This document shows positions 9,576 through 18,757 of a DNA stretch of 64,000 bases, piece by piece. The translations under genes and the position numbers were made by a program. The notes beneath the pieces were generated by a model, which was not told the DNA's origin, did no database searches, and saw only the letters and a program-made list of their open reading frames with translations. This DNA comes from Candidatus Saccharicenans sp. (GTDB lineage: Bacteria > Acidobacteriota > Aminicenantia > Aminicenantales > Saccharicenantaceae): positions 96,317 through 160,316 of the forward strand of contig JBASPX010000045.1 in NCBI GenBank assembly GCA_049659625.1, written 5' to 3'. Position 1 is the stretch's first letter. Every line of letters starts with the position of its first letter.

Positions 9576-10047
9576 TTTTTTTTATGAATTGAAGCGGCTG
9601 TCCTTCTTCACGGAATTTTTCGATCAGACGGGTGGAAGCATGTCCGGATTCCAGATAGAGAAGCGCAAAGTCATAACGGGTAATTTTCTGGTTAATCCTG
9701 ACCGCTTCTCTGATGACAGCACTGGCCAGTCCCTTTCTGGCATATTCCCGCCGGCTGACCAGCAGGCAACTTAAAATTGCCCGGTAAATTTTTCCCTGAT
9801 AGTTAAAGTGCCGGGGGATGTTGGCCAGGAAGGCCAGAATTTCTCCGTCCTTATAAGCAGCCACAAAGTGTCTTGGGTCACCCGCGATGCGCTGAAGGTA
9901 CCTGACAAATTCCGGACGGTAAAGGTTGGGAAAAGAGGAAAGGCCGTATTCTTCCCGCCAGGAATGATGTGCCATCCTCTCCAGCGCATCCAGATCCCCC
10001 CGGAAAGGTTCCACAGAAATTCCGCTGAGTTCAGAATTGATAAACAT
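9550..10047 (-). CDS. GNAT family N-acetyltransferase.
   Basis: Acetyl-CoA binding region of GNAT type: LLVSRREYARKGLASAVIREA. Confidence 0.7.
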   Translation of the reverse strand: MFINSELSGISVEPFRGDLDALERMAHHSWREEYGLSSFPNLYRPEFVRYLQRIAGDPRHFVAAYKDGEILAFLANIPRHFNYQGKIYRAILSCLLVSRREYARKGLASAVIREAVRINQKITRYDFALLYLESGHASTRLIEKFREEGQPLQFIKKNVRSRTHS

Positions 10048-10303
10048 ACTTCTCTCCCTTGAAAAAAGTCTGATCAGGGTCAGGTCTTGAAGTCTTATCT
10101 TCTTTCAGCGCCTCCAGCATGGTGCCAGCCTGAGCTGAGGTTAATTGTCTTTCATTATAACGATTTTTTCAGGCAGCACAAATTAAATCAAATAACATCC
10201 GTTAAATAAAATTCAGTTAGGCGCTCGACTATCCGGCCCAGAGCGGCGACCAGAATGAAAATTTTTAGAATTCAGCGGGCTATTTATTTACAAAAAAATA
10301 TTG

Positions 10304-10312
10304 TGCTATAAT
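10304..10312 (+). promoter_or_regulatory. Extended -10 promoter element TGcTATAAT.
   Basis: TG at 10304-10305 and TATAAT at 10307-10312. It lies about 60 nt upstream of an AAGGAG/TTG start at 10373. Confidence 0.4.
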
Positions 10313-10372
10313 GCCACTCTAAATTTTGAATATATTAAGCTGATTGATTATTCCAGATTGAAGGAGTTTCCT

Positions 10373-12487
10373 TTGATCGACAATCGCCTTTATAAACATC
10401 CAATCCTCCCGGTTGAAGAAAAACCTCTTTTCACCTTTTATTTTCAGGGTAAAGAGCTGAAAGCCAGAGAGGGCGAAACCATTGCTTCCGCCCTTTTTGC
10501 CAACGGTATCAGAATATTCAGCTACCACCACTGGGACGGAGCTCCCCAGGGAATTTTCTGCGCCAACGGTCAGTGTGCTCAGTGTCTGGTTCTGGCTGAC
10601 GATTTTCCGGTGAAATCGTGCATGGAGTTGATCCGGCCCGGGATGAAGATTGAACCGGTCGTCGGGTTGCCCGAACTTCCCGCGGTGAATCCGGAAGAAA
10701 TTCCCGAGTTCAAACCGATCGAAGAGCTGGAAGTATCGGTTTTGATCATCGGGGGTGGACCGGCCGGTCTGTCTGCCGCCATCGAACTCGGCCAGCGCGG
10801 AGTGGATTGTCTGCTGGTTGACGATAAACATCGTCTGGGCGGGAAGCTGGTGCTTCAGACTCACCGCTTTTTTGGTTCGGTGGATGCGGTTTTTGCCGGA
10901 ACCAGAGGCATAGACATCGCCACCAGGCTGGAAAATGAAATCAAAAAATTCCCGAACGTCAGAGTCTGGCTGCGCAGCACGGCGCTGGCTGTTTTCAGCG
11001 ATAAAAAAGTCGGAATACTTAAAGAAGGAACAAAGTACGTCCTGGTGAAACCGAAAATCCTGCTCGTGGCCACCGGTGCCCGGGAAAAGTCCTTAGCCTT
11101 TCCGGGAAATGACCTGCCGGGAGTCTACGGGGCAGGAGCCTTTCAGACTCTGGTCAACCGGGACCTGGTCAGGCCGAGCGAGAGGTTGTTTATCGTCGGT
11201 GGAGGCAATGTCGGTTTGATCGCCGGCTATCACGCGCTCCAGGCCGGGATCCAGGTGGTCGGGCTGGTGGAGGTTATGCCGGAGGTTGGCGGATACAAAG
11301 TTCACAAAGACAAACTGGCGAGACTTGGCGTTCCCATTCTTACCTCCCATACGATTCTCAGCGCCAACGGAAAAGATTCAGTGGAATCGGTGACCATCGC
11401 CAGAGTGGACGAAAAATTCCAGCCGATCCCCGGTACTGAAAAAACCATCAAGTGCGACACGGTCCTGATCGCCGTCGGTCTTGATCCGGTCAATGAATTT
11501 TACCTGAAAGCCAGAGAGTTCGACCTTCCGGTTTACGCCGCCGGAGACGCCGAAGAAATAGCCGAAGCTTCCGCCGCCATTTTTTCGGGCAAAATCAGAG
11601 GACTGGAAATTGCCCGGGCGCTGGGAGTTTATACAGGAGAAATCCCGGAAGACTGGTACCGAACAGCAGAAATACTGAAATCACGTCCTGGACCGACCTA
11701 TTCTGAACAATACCCTGAAAAGGAAGAGGGCGTATATCCGGTCATCCACTGCCTTCAGGAGATTCCCTGCGATCCCTGTTCGGCTGTCTGTCCGAGAAAG
11801 CTGATTGAGGTGGACCGCAGCGATATCAGAAAAATTCCAGTCTATTATGATGAAAAGGATGGTAAAGGCTGCAGCGGATGCGAGCGTTGTGTGGTCTTCT
11901 GCCCGGGGCTGGCTATAACCTTGGTGGATTACAGAAAAAATCCGGAATTTCCAGAGGTCACCATCCCGTTTGAATTCTTAAAAGAAACCATCAATCCCGG
12001 GGATGAAGTCATCCTGGTTGACATTTCCGGTCAGGAACTGGCCAGAAGCCGGGTAAATTCAGTCAAATCGATCAAAGGTAACGACCGGACCATTCTGGTA
12101 AAAGTTTCGGTGCCAAAAGCTGTGGCCAGAAAAGTGAGCGGTTTAAGAATTCAGCCGGACATCATGGAAATCGAAGAAAAATACCAGTCGCGAATCCCGG
12201 ACGAAGCGATCATCTGTCGCTGCGAGCGGGTTACTGCCGGGGAAATAAGAAAACTTATAAGGGAGGGAGTGAGGGATATAAACGAAATTAAGGCCATAAC
12301 CAGAGCCGGTATGGGTCCGTGCGGAGCGAAGACCTGCACGCCGCTGGTTCACCGCCTTTTCAGGGAGGAGGGAGTTCCGGAAAGCGAGATAATCGACCAA
12401 CCGAAAAGACCGCTCTTCATAGAGGTCCCGCTCGGTCTGTTCGCCGGGCTGGAAAAACAGAAGGAGACCGGAAATGAGCCGCGCTGA
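10373..12487 (+). CDS. Large subunit of a heteromeric FAD-dependent dehydrogenase (opine oxidase OoxA, HcnA-HcnB fusion, or proline dehydrogenase alpha type). It carries an N-terminal 2Fe-2S, an FAD/NAD(P) Rossmann fold, two 4Fe-4S motifs and a BFD-like 2Fe-2S.
   Basis: CANGQCAQCLV (2Fe-2S), VLIIGGGPAGLSAA (dinucleotide fold), CDPCSAVCP and CSGCERCVVFCP (4Fe-4S), and CRCERVTAGEI (BFD-like). I prefer the TTG at 10373 with an AAGGAG RBS over the TTG at 10301 that lies inside the promoter element. Confidence 0.7.
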   Translation: MIDNRLYKHPILPVEEKPLFTFYFQGKELKAREGETIASALFANGIRIFSYHHWDGAPQGIFCANGQCAQCLVLADDFPVKSCMELIRPGMKIEPVVGLPELPAVNPEEIPEFKPIEELEVSVLIIGGGPAGLSAAIELGQRGVDCLLVDDKHRLGGKLVLQTHRFFGSVDAVFAGTRGIDIATRLENEIKKFPNVRVWLRSTALAVFSDKKVGILKEGTKYVLVKPKILLVATGAREKSLAFPGNDLPGVYGAGAFQTLVNRDLVRPSERLFIVGGGNVGLIAGYHALQAGIQVVGLVEVMPEVGGYKVHKDKLARLGVPILTSHTILSANGKDSVESVTIARVDEKFQPIPGTEKTIKCDTVLIAVGLDPVNEFYLKAREFDLPVYAAGDAEEIAEASAAIFSGKIRGLEIARALGVYTGEIPEDWYRTAEILKSRPGPTYSEQYPEKEEGVYPVIHCLQEIPCDPCSAVCPRKLIEVDRSDIRKIPVYYDEKDGKGCSGCERCVVFCPGLAITLVDYRKNPEFPEVTIPFEFLKETINPGDEVILVDISGQELARSRVNSVKSIKGNDRTILVKVSVPKAVARKVSGLRIQPDIMEIEEKYQSRIPDEAIICRCERVTAGEIRKLIREGVRDINEIKAITRAGMGPCGAKTCTPLVHRLFREEGVPESEIIDQPKRPLFIEVPLGLFAGLEKQKETGNEPR

Positions 12488-13631
12488 GTACGACGTGATT
12501 GTCATCGGAGCCGGGAGCGTCGGAACTCCGACCGCTCTTTTTCTGGCGCAGAAAGGATTCAAGGTTCTGGTGATTGACAGAAATCCGAGTCCAGGACAGA
12601 GCTCAAACAAACGAGCTATCGGCGGGCTCAGGGCCACCCATTCAGACCCGGCGAAGATCAGACTCGGACTGAGAAGTCTGAAAATTTTTTCCACCTGGAA
12701 AGAAACCTACGGAGACGATATCGAGTGGCTGCAGGGCGGCTATTGTTTTGTCGCTTACCGGGAAGAAGAAGAGAAAACTCTGAAAAGCGTTCTTCCCGTT
12801 CAGAAAAAATACGGGTTGAAGATAGACTGGCTGGAGGCTGACGAGCTCAGGAAGCTCCTCCCCGATTTAAATCCTCGCGGCCTTCGTGGCGGCACCTATT
12901 CCCCGGAAGACGGACATGCTTCTCCCCTGCTGGCGGTGGAGGCATTTTACCGCCATGCGCTGAGAGCCGGAGCAGAGTTCAGATTCAGAGAAAATGTGCG
13001 GGAGCTGGTTATAGAAGGTGGAAAAATCAGGGGGCTTGTCACTGAAGCCGGCCGGTACGCCGCTCCCGTGGTCATCAATGCCGCCGGCGCCTGGGCAGCT
13101 GAAATTGCCAGAATGGCCGGCATGGAGATTCCGGTCAAACCTGACTCTCATGAAGCCGCGGTCACCGAGCCGGTAAAAAGGTTTTTTGACCCGATGATTG
13201 TCGACCTGCGTCCGGTAAAAGGGTCTGCCAATTATTATTTTTATCAGCATGCCACCGGCCAGATAATTTTCTGCATCACCCCGAGCCCGAGCATCTGGGG
13301 ATTCGACGAGAGGGAAACGAGCGAATTCCTGCCGATGGTCTCGCGCCGGATGATTGAGCTGATGCCCAGGCTGCAGAACATCAGGGTCCGAAGAACCTGG
13401 CGTGGGCTTTACCCGATGACACCTGACGGTTTCCCCATCGTCGGCTGGTCAAAAGAAGTTGAAGGTTTCCTGCTGGCAGTCGGCATGTGCGGCCAGGGTT
13501 TTATGCTCGGTCCCGGAGTGGCCGAACTGCTGACCAGACTGGTTGCCGGTCAGCCCGGCCCGGATGATGAGGAAATTCTCTCCTATCTTTCGCCATACAG
13601 AAATTTTGTCAGCGAAGAAAAACTGAAGTAA
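12474..13631 (+). CDS. Small subunit, a DAO-family FAD-dependent oxidoreductase (OoxB, HcnC or sarcosine oxidase beta-like).
   Basis: DVIVIGAGSVGTPTAL dinucleotide motif. A 14-nt overlap with the upstream gene and an AAGGAG RBS indicate an operon. Confidence 0.8.
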   Translation: MSRAEYDVIVIGAGSVGTPTALFLAQKGFKVLVIDRNPSPGQSSNKRAIGGLRATHSDPAKIRLGLRSLKIFSTWKETYGDDIEWLQGGYCFVAYREEEEKTLKSVLPVQKKYGLKIDWLEADELRKLLPDLNPRGLRGGTYSPEDGHASPLLAVEAFYRHALRAGAEFRFRENVRELVIEGGKIRGLVTEAGRYAAPVVINAAGAWAAEIARMAGMEIPVKPDSHEAAVTEPVKRFFDPMIVDLRPVKGSANYYFYQHATGQIIFCITPSPSIWGFDERETSEFLPMVSRRMIELMPRLQNIRVRRTWRGLYPMTPDGFPIVGWSKEVEGFLLAVGMCGQGFMLGPGVAELLTRLVAGQPGPDDEEILSYLSPYRNFVSEEKLK

Positions 13632-13644
13632 AAAAGGTTTCTGT

Positions 13645-14403
13645 TTATCTTAGAATAATCTTCCGTCCTTCAGTTTCTATCACCTGAAGAGGATAATCGT
13701 AAAGCTCGGCCAGAAGCTCTGTCCGGAAGACATCGGGCATTTCTCCGGCAGCCAGCACCTTTCCGCTTTTTATCATCACTAAGAAATCAGCCAGTCGCGG
13801 AACAAGGTCCAGGCTGTGAAGCGAACAGATAATAGTCTGCTGTCTTTCGCTTGAAAGTTTCTTAAGAAGCTCCACTATTTCCATTTCGTGTTTCAGGTCG
13901 AGAAAAGTTGTCGGTTCATCGAGTATGATGATTCTTGAATCCTGAGCGAGAGCTCTGGCCATGAGCACTATCCGTCTTTCCCCGCTGCTGAGCTCCATAT
14001 ACTTCCTCGAAACCAGCTTTTCGATTCCCAGGTAAGCAATTATTTCTTCCACCTTCCGGTAATCATCCCTGGATGGCGAGGAAAAAAGGTCCAGGTGCCC
14101 GCTTCTGCCCATCAGGATAAAATCGAAAACCTGAAAATTCAGGGCTGCGCTGTGTTCCTGCGGAACGTAACTGACAAGAGCCGCCCTTTCCCGGGAGCTG
14201 AGTCTGGCCAGGTCATAACCATCGATGAAGACCGTTCCGGGCGGGCATTTGATCAGGCCGGTAATAGCTTTCAGAAAAGTCGATTTTCCAGCTCCGTTCG
14301 GACCGATTATGACCGAAATCCGTTTCTCCTGGAAATAAAGCTGATCAACCTGAAGCTGGAAATTTTCGTAACCAAGCCTGAGTCCAGAAACTCTGACGTC
14401 CAC
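13645..14403 (-). CDS. ABC transporter ATP-binding protein of the iron-chelate/cobalamin type (FecE/BtuD-like).
   Basis: Walker A GPNGAGKST, the ABC signature LSSGERR, and Walker B IIILDEPT. Confidence 0.85.
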   Translation of the reverse strand: MDVRVSGLRLGYENFQLQVDQLYFQEKRISVIIGPNGAGKSTFLKAITGLIKCPPGTVFIDGYDLARLSSRERAALVSYVPQEHSAALNFQVFDFILMGRSGHLDLFSSPSRDDYRKVEEIIAYLGIEKLVSRKYMELSSGERRIVLMARALAQDSRIIILDEPTTFLDLKHEMEIVELLKKLSSERQQTIICSLHSLDLVPRLADFLVMIKSGKVLAAGEMPDVFRTELLAELYDYPLQVIETEGRKIILR

Positions 14404-14405
14404 CT

Positions 14406-15437
14406 TTAACTCCAGCTGTGGCGAGTTCTTTTAATCAGATAGAGAAAGAATGGAATGCCCACCAGGCTGGTGATTATTCCCGCGGGAAGCTCATACGGAG
14501 AAAAAACTCTGATCAGGTCATCAGCCAGAATCATCAGGCCTGCCCCGAAACCGGCAGAAAGCGGTATAACCAGCCTGTTATCTGCTCCGGCCATCCCTCT
14601 GACCGCATGGGGAACGATAAGACCAACCCAGCCGATTATTCCGGCCACAGAAACCACCGCAGAAGTAACCAGGGTGGCCAGACAGATGATCAGCATTCTC
14701 TCTCTTTTTACGGAGAGGCCGAGTGCCCGGGCCTCGTCTTCGTTCAGACTGAGGACGTTAACCCTCCAGCTCATTTTTATCATTAAAAACAATCCGGCGA
14801 TGACCAGAGGAGCTGACCAGAAAAGGTCATTCCAGGTGACCTGGGAGAAGCTCCCCAGCAACCAGAAAAAAAGCGCCTGCAGAGCGTAAGGGCTGGCCAC
14901 AAACTCCACGGCTGAAAGCAAAGCCTGAAAAAACGCCGAAACTACAATACCGGTCAGGAGTACCGAAAGGGTCGTATTCCTGGCGCCCTCAGCCAGCATC
15001 AGCACGAGAGAAACGGCCAGCAATCCGCATCCGAAAGCCAGAACCTGGGGCGGGAAAAGGCGGCCGAGGAGAACCAGAGAAACAGCCGCGCCGAAACCTG
15101 ACCCGAAAGAGACACCAAGAACGTATTCGTTAACCAGAGGATTTCTGAAGATTGACTGTAACGAAGCTCCGGAAACAGAGAAGGCCGCTCCGGCCAGAAG
15201 GGCTAAAAGCAACCTCGGCAGTCTGATATTCCAGACAATGTTGGTTATGTTTTCCGGAAGAACCTCCGGATTCGAACCGCTTATTTTAGAAATAAAAACT
15301 TTTAATACCTGGGCCGGCGTAACACTGACTGTTCCCAGACTCAGAGAAATCAGAAACAGGATCAAAGGGAAAAAAGCAGCCGCCAGATACAACCAGCATT
15401 TTTTTCTGTGGCTAATTCTGAAACCACTCATAAGCAT
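14406..15437 (-). CDS. FecCD/BtuC-family ABC permease.
   Basis: About 9 transmembrane segments with the FecCD conserved regions. It is 3 nt from the ATPase gene. Confidence 0.8.
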   Translation of the reverse strand: MLMSGFRISHRKKCWLYLAAAFFPLILFLISLSLGTVSVTPAQVLKVFISKISGSNPEVLPENITNIVWNIRLPRLLLALLAGAAFSVSGASLQSIFRNPLVNEYVLGVSFGSGFGAAVSLVLLGRLFPPQVLAFGCGLLAVSLVLMLAEGARNTTLSVLLTGIVVSAFFQALLSAVEFVASPYALQALFFWLLGSFSQVTWNDLFWSAPLVIAGLFLMIKMSWRVNVLSLNEDEARALGLSVKRERMLIICLATLVTSAVVSVAGIIGWVGLIVPHAVRGMAGADNRLVIPLSAGFGAGLMILADDLIRVFSPYELPAGIITSLVGIPFFLYLIKRTRHSWS

Positions 15438-16470
15438 CTATTTTAGCACACAGCTTCTCGAACAGGCCGGGACGACCATAGAAAAAATAAAAAATTCTTT
15501 CCCCCAGCATAATGATAGAATTTCTCTCAACCTGACCTTTCTGAAAAAGTTCCGCCAGATAATGGCTTTCCACCAGAACCAGCGCCGGGTCCCACCAGTA
15601 CCAGAAACCGAAGGTGTAATAAACTTTTCTCTCTCTTACGGCTTTTAAAGATTGAAGCCTGACATCTGAAAGAACGCTTCCCACGCTAACCTGCCTTTCT
15701 TCGGGTGGATAGTTTCCCTGCACCAGAATAATATCAGGATCCAGGCTGAGCAGAGTTTCCAGGTTCAGAACAACTGTGTCGGAACCCTGGTGAACCCTCT
15801 TGAATCGGCCGGCCAGGTTTATTCCACCGGCCAGGTCCACCGGCTCATAATTAAAAGGAGACCTTAAAATAGAACCCCAGAAACTGAGATAAACGCGCGG
15901 CTTATGTCCGCGAAAAGCGCTCTTCTGCCTGACCAGATTAATTTCCGCCTTCATGAATTGAACGATTTCCTTCCCGCGCTTCTGGCTTCCGGTTATGGCG
16001 GCTAAGATTTCAATCTCCTTCAGTAGACGTTCTATACTTCCTGTCGAGCTCAGGCTCACCACCGGACATTTCAATTTCCGCGTAAGCTGAGTTACAAGGT
16101 TAAGCTCTGAAGGAGAAACCAGCACCACGTCTGGTTCGAGCTGGATAATACGTTCGATGTTTACATCCTCGCCGGTTATCGACACCACCGGGATTTTTTC
16201 CACATCCGGGAATATGATTCGCATCAGGTGGTCATAGCGGGACGGAAACCTGTCAACGGCCACCACCCGGTGCTCACTGTTCAGGGCTGCCAGAATTCGC
16301 AGTAGTTCCGGCTGCAGACAGACAATCCTTTCCACCCTGTCCGGAATTTTCACCCGTCGTCCGAGATTGTCTTCAACCGTTATCTCACAGGCGCCGGCAG
16401 ACGAAGCCCGAAAAAGAGTAAACAACAACAGAAAACAGGATAAAATTTTGTCTATTTCTTTTTTCAGCAT
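15412..16470 (-). CDS. Periplasmic substrate-binding protein, class III (BtuF/FhuD-like).
   Basis: Signal peptide and an IVCLQPELLRILAAL-type N-lobe typical of cobalamin/siderophore-binding proteins. It is the first gene of the three-gene importer operon. Confidence 0.75.
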   Translation of the reverse strand: MLKKEIDKILSCFLLLFTLFRASSAGACEITVEDNLGRRVKIPDRVERIVCLQPELLRILAALNSEHRVVAVDRFPSRYDHLMRIIFPDVEKIPVVSITGEDVNIERIIQLEPDVVLVSPSELNLVTQLTRKLKCPVVSLSSTGSIERLLKEIEILAAITGSQKRGKEIVQFMKAEINLVRQKSAFRGHKPRVYLSFWGSILRSPFNYEPVDLAGGINLAGRFKRVHQGSDTVVLNLETLLSLDPDIILVQGNYPPEERQVSVGSVLSDVRLQSLKAVRERKVYYTFGFWYWWDPALVLVESHYLAELFQKGQVERNSIIMLGERIFYFFYGRPGLFEKLCAKIDAYEWFQN

Positions 16471-16541
16471 TAAATTCTCTCTGCCACTACCTGTAAGCGA
16501 CAGAAAATTAAATTAGATTAAAACCGGCAGCGGGCGAGTCT

Positions 16542-18668
16542 CTACCTACCATGGTTTTTCTCAAGAGCTTCCAGCAATTTTTCGGCCGCAGGAATTATGG
16601 ACAGCAGACATTCACCCTGTGGCTCTTTTATCTCTTTAAGTCTCTGCTGGTTGAATTTTACCCAACCGGCTTCCGGTTTGCGGCCCTTTTCAAAAAACTC
16701 AAACGTTTTCTCCATGATCAGGACAGTCTCTCCTAAATTATCGGCAAGGGGAAGTATCTCTTTGAGGGCTGGCACTCTACCGGCCAGGCTGGCGGCGGAG
16801 GGGATGATCTTTTTGTAACTGTCTAAATAATTTTTTATCTCCTTCAAGTTCTCCTTCCGGGAGGAATTCAGGTAATTCTCAACCAGCTTGCGGAATTTCC
16901 TTCCCTCCAGGGATTCGGGAAAACAGCAATCCACAAAACGGGTAAGCGGTGAAAGTGAGGTATACTTCTTCCCCAGACTGTGCCTGGCATAGCCCTTGAC
17001 CGGTTCGCTTATCGTGGCCAGCTTTAAAAGTGACTCGAATTCCTCCTGGCTGTAATTTACCGGGTTGACCAGCCGTCTGAGCATCATCCTCTGATTGCGA
17101 AGATGCTGCGCCCCGAGCTCCTCCAGCTGTACAGAAATCGCTTCCAGCCGCCGGTACATATCATCCACATCGGCTATTTCCTGTGGCGACCAGAGCCTTT
17201 CGGCAATTGCCGCCGTCCGCGGCCAGATTCTCGAATCCACCGTCTCGTGTGTAACCAGTTCCGCCCACATGGTGGCTTCACCTCCAAGAATAAGTTTCTT
17301 TTCCTCTTCGGTAAGCGGAGAATCAGCCGGAATCGGGTCATTCAGATAATGTCTCTCGGCCGGCTCACAGAGATCGATATAGTATCCGCTGGACAAAATT
17401 CCCTGATAACCTTTCCGGGCTCCGTCCACCAGTGCCTGCGTGCCCCTCCAGGATTGAATTACAATATCCTTCGGCAGTCCGGGCTGGTAAATTTCGTCCC
17501 AGCCGACCATCTTTTTGTTGTGCTTGGTAAGAATTCTCAGGATCTCTTTATTGAAGTATGCCTGAAGCGCATGGTTATCAGGCAGGTTATGCTTCTTCAT
17601 GAAAGCCTGTATCCCGGGATTTTCTTTCCAGTGAGTTCCTTCCACCTCGTCGCCACCGATATGCATGTAAGGATCAGGAAACAGCGCGGCCATCTCCCGG
17701 AAGAATCTGTCAAAAAATCTGTAAACGGCGGGGTTGGCCGGGTTAAAGACCGGATGAAAAACTCCAAATCCTCTTTCAATCCGGTAGGGACCTGGAGCGC
17801 TGGCGTACTCTGGGTAACCAGCGAACCAGCTGGTGGAATGGCCTGGAATGTCGAACTCCGGCATCACCCTGATGCCCAGGTCCGAGGCAAAATTGATGAC
17901 ATCTCTGATCTGCTCCTGCGTGTAATACATTCCGTCGGAACCGAGCTGATGAAGTTTCGGGAAAGTTTTGCATTCAACCCTGAAACCCTGGTCTTCGCTC
18001 AGATGCCAGTGAAGAACATTAAGCTTGACGGCAGCCATGGCCAGCAGGTTTCTCTTTATGACTTCAAGCGGCATAAAATGGCGGCAGGAATCTATGAGGA
18101 GACCGCGCCAGGTGAACCTCGGTTTATCTTTGATCAAACAGCACGGGAAATAATAACCCTGATCATCAACGGAAAGCAGTTGCAATAATGTTTCCAGTCC
18201 TCTTAGAATTCCCAGGTCGGTAGCGGCGCTCAACTCTATCCGTTCGGCTTTAACGCTCAGGGTATAGGACTCGTCTTCTCCTGGAACCAGCTGTCCCGTG
18301 CGCTGGTACTTATAAACCAGCCGGGTTTCCGGTTTCAGACTCTGGTCAGCCAGATAATCCTGTTCAAGAAAAAGGCCGGTTCTTCCGGCCAGCCTTAACA
18401 TAAATCTGGAAACAGCTTTAAATGCCCGGCTTCCCGGCCGCGCCTCACCTCCAGCCTGGAATTTTTCATTGATCCTGAATTTGCCCGCTTCAAACTGAAC
18501 GCTGGCCGGCCAGGGCATCAGCGCCGGAAAATCAGTTTCGGCCTTATTCACCGCGGTCGCTCCGCTCAATGAAGGGAAGGCTGCAAGAAAAAGAATGAGG
18601 GACATTAACTGTGCAAAAAATTTTTTTGAATTAAAAATTCCGGGAAGTCTGACGGCAGAACTTCTCAT
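16542..18668 (-). CDS. GH20 beta-N-acetylhexosaminidase, secreted.
   Basis: HWHLSEDQGFR, MPEFDIPGH and HIGGDEV catalytic-region motifs. A long n-region signal peptide and an AGGGAG RBS precede ATG 18668. Confidence 0.85.
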   Translation of the reverse strand: MRSSAVRLPGIFNSKKFFAQLMSLILFLAAFPSLSGATAVNKAETDFPALMPWPASVQFEAGKFRINEKFQAGGEARPGSRAFKAVSRFMLRLAGRTGLFLEQDYLADQSLKPETRLVYKYQRTGQLVPGEDESYTLSVKAERIELSAATDLGILRGLETLLQLLSVDDQGYYFPCCLIKDKPRFTWRGLLIDSCRHFMPLEVIKRNLLAMAAVKLNVLHWHLSEDQGFRVECKTFPKLHQLGSDGMYYTQEQIRDVINFASDLGIRVMPEFDIPGHSTSWFAGYPEYASAPGPYRIERGFGVFHPVFNPANPAVYRFFDRFFREMAALFPDPYMHIGGDEVEGTHWKENPGIQAFMKKHNLPDNHALQAYFNKEILRILTKHNKKMVGWDEIYQPGLPKDIVIQSWRGTQALVDGARKGYQGILSSGYYIDLCEPAERHYLNDPIPADSPLTEEEKKLILGGEATMWAELVTHETVDSRIWPRTAAIAERLWSPQEIADVDDMYRRLEAISVQLEELGAQHLRNQRMMLRRLVNPVNYSQEEFESLLKLATISEPVKGYARHSLGKKYTSLSPLTRFVDCCFPESLEGRKFRKLVENYLNSSRKENLKEIKNYLDSYKKIIPSAASLAGRVPALKEILPLADNLGETVLIMEKTFEFFEKGRKPEAGWVKFNQQRLKEIKEPQGECLLSIIPAAEKLLEALEKNHGR

Positions 18669-18687
18669 TTTTCATCTCCCTGAAAGT

Positions 18688-18734
18688 CATTAAAAACAAC
18701 TCCGGCAGCGGGCGCCACTTTCCCGCCCGCCGCC
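18688..18734 (-). terminator. Rho-independent terminator candidate downstream of the BNR-repeat gene.
   Basis: An 11-12 bp GC-rich stem (GGCAGCGGGCG / CCGCCCGCCGCC, one mismatch) with an 8-nt loop. On the minus strand it is followed by UUGUUUUUA. Confidence 0.45.
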
Positions 18735-18757
18735 AGATCGGGATAAGCAAAAATTAT

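Noticed and set aside
17103-18188. 361-aa plus-strand ORF.
   Set aside because: It is fully antisense to the GH20 gene, which has clear catalytic motifs. It has a typical GC-rich antisense-frame composition and no homology signal.
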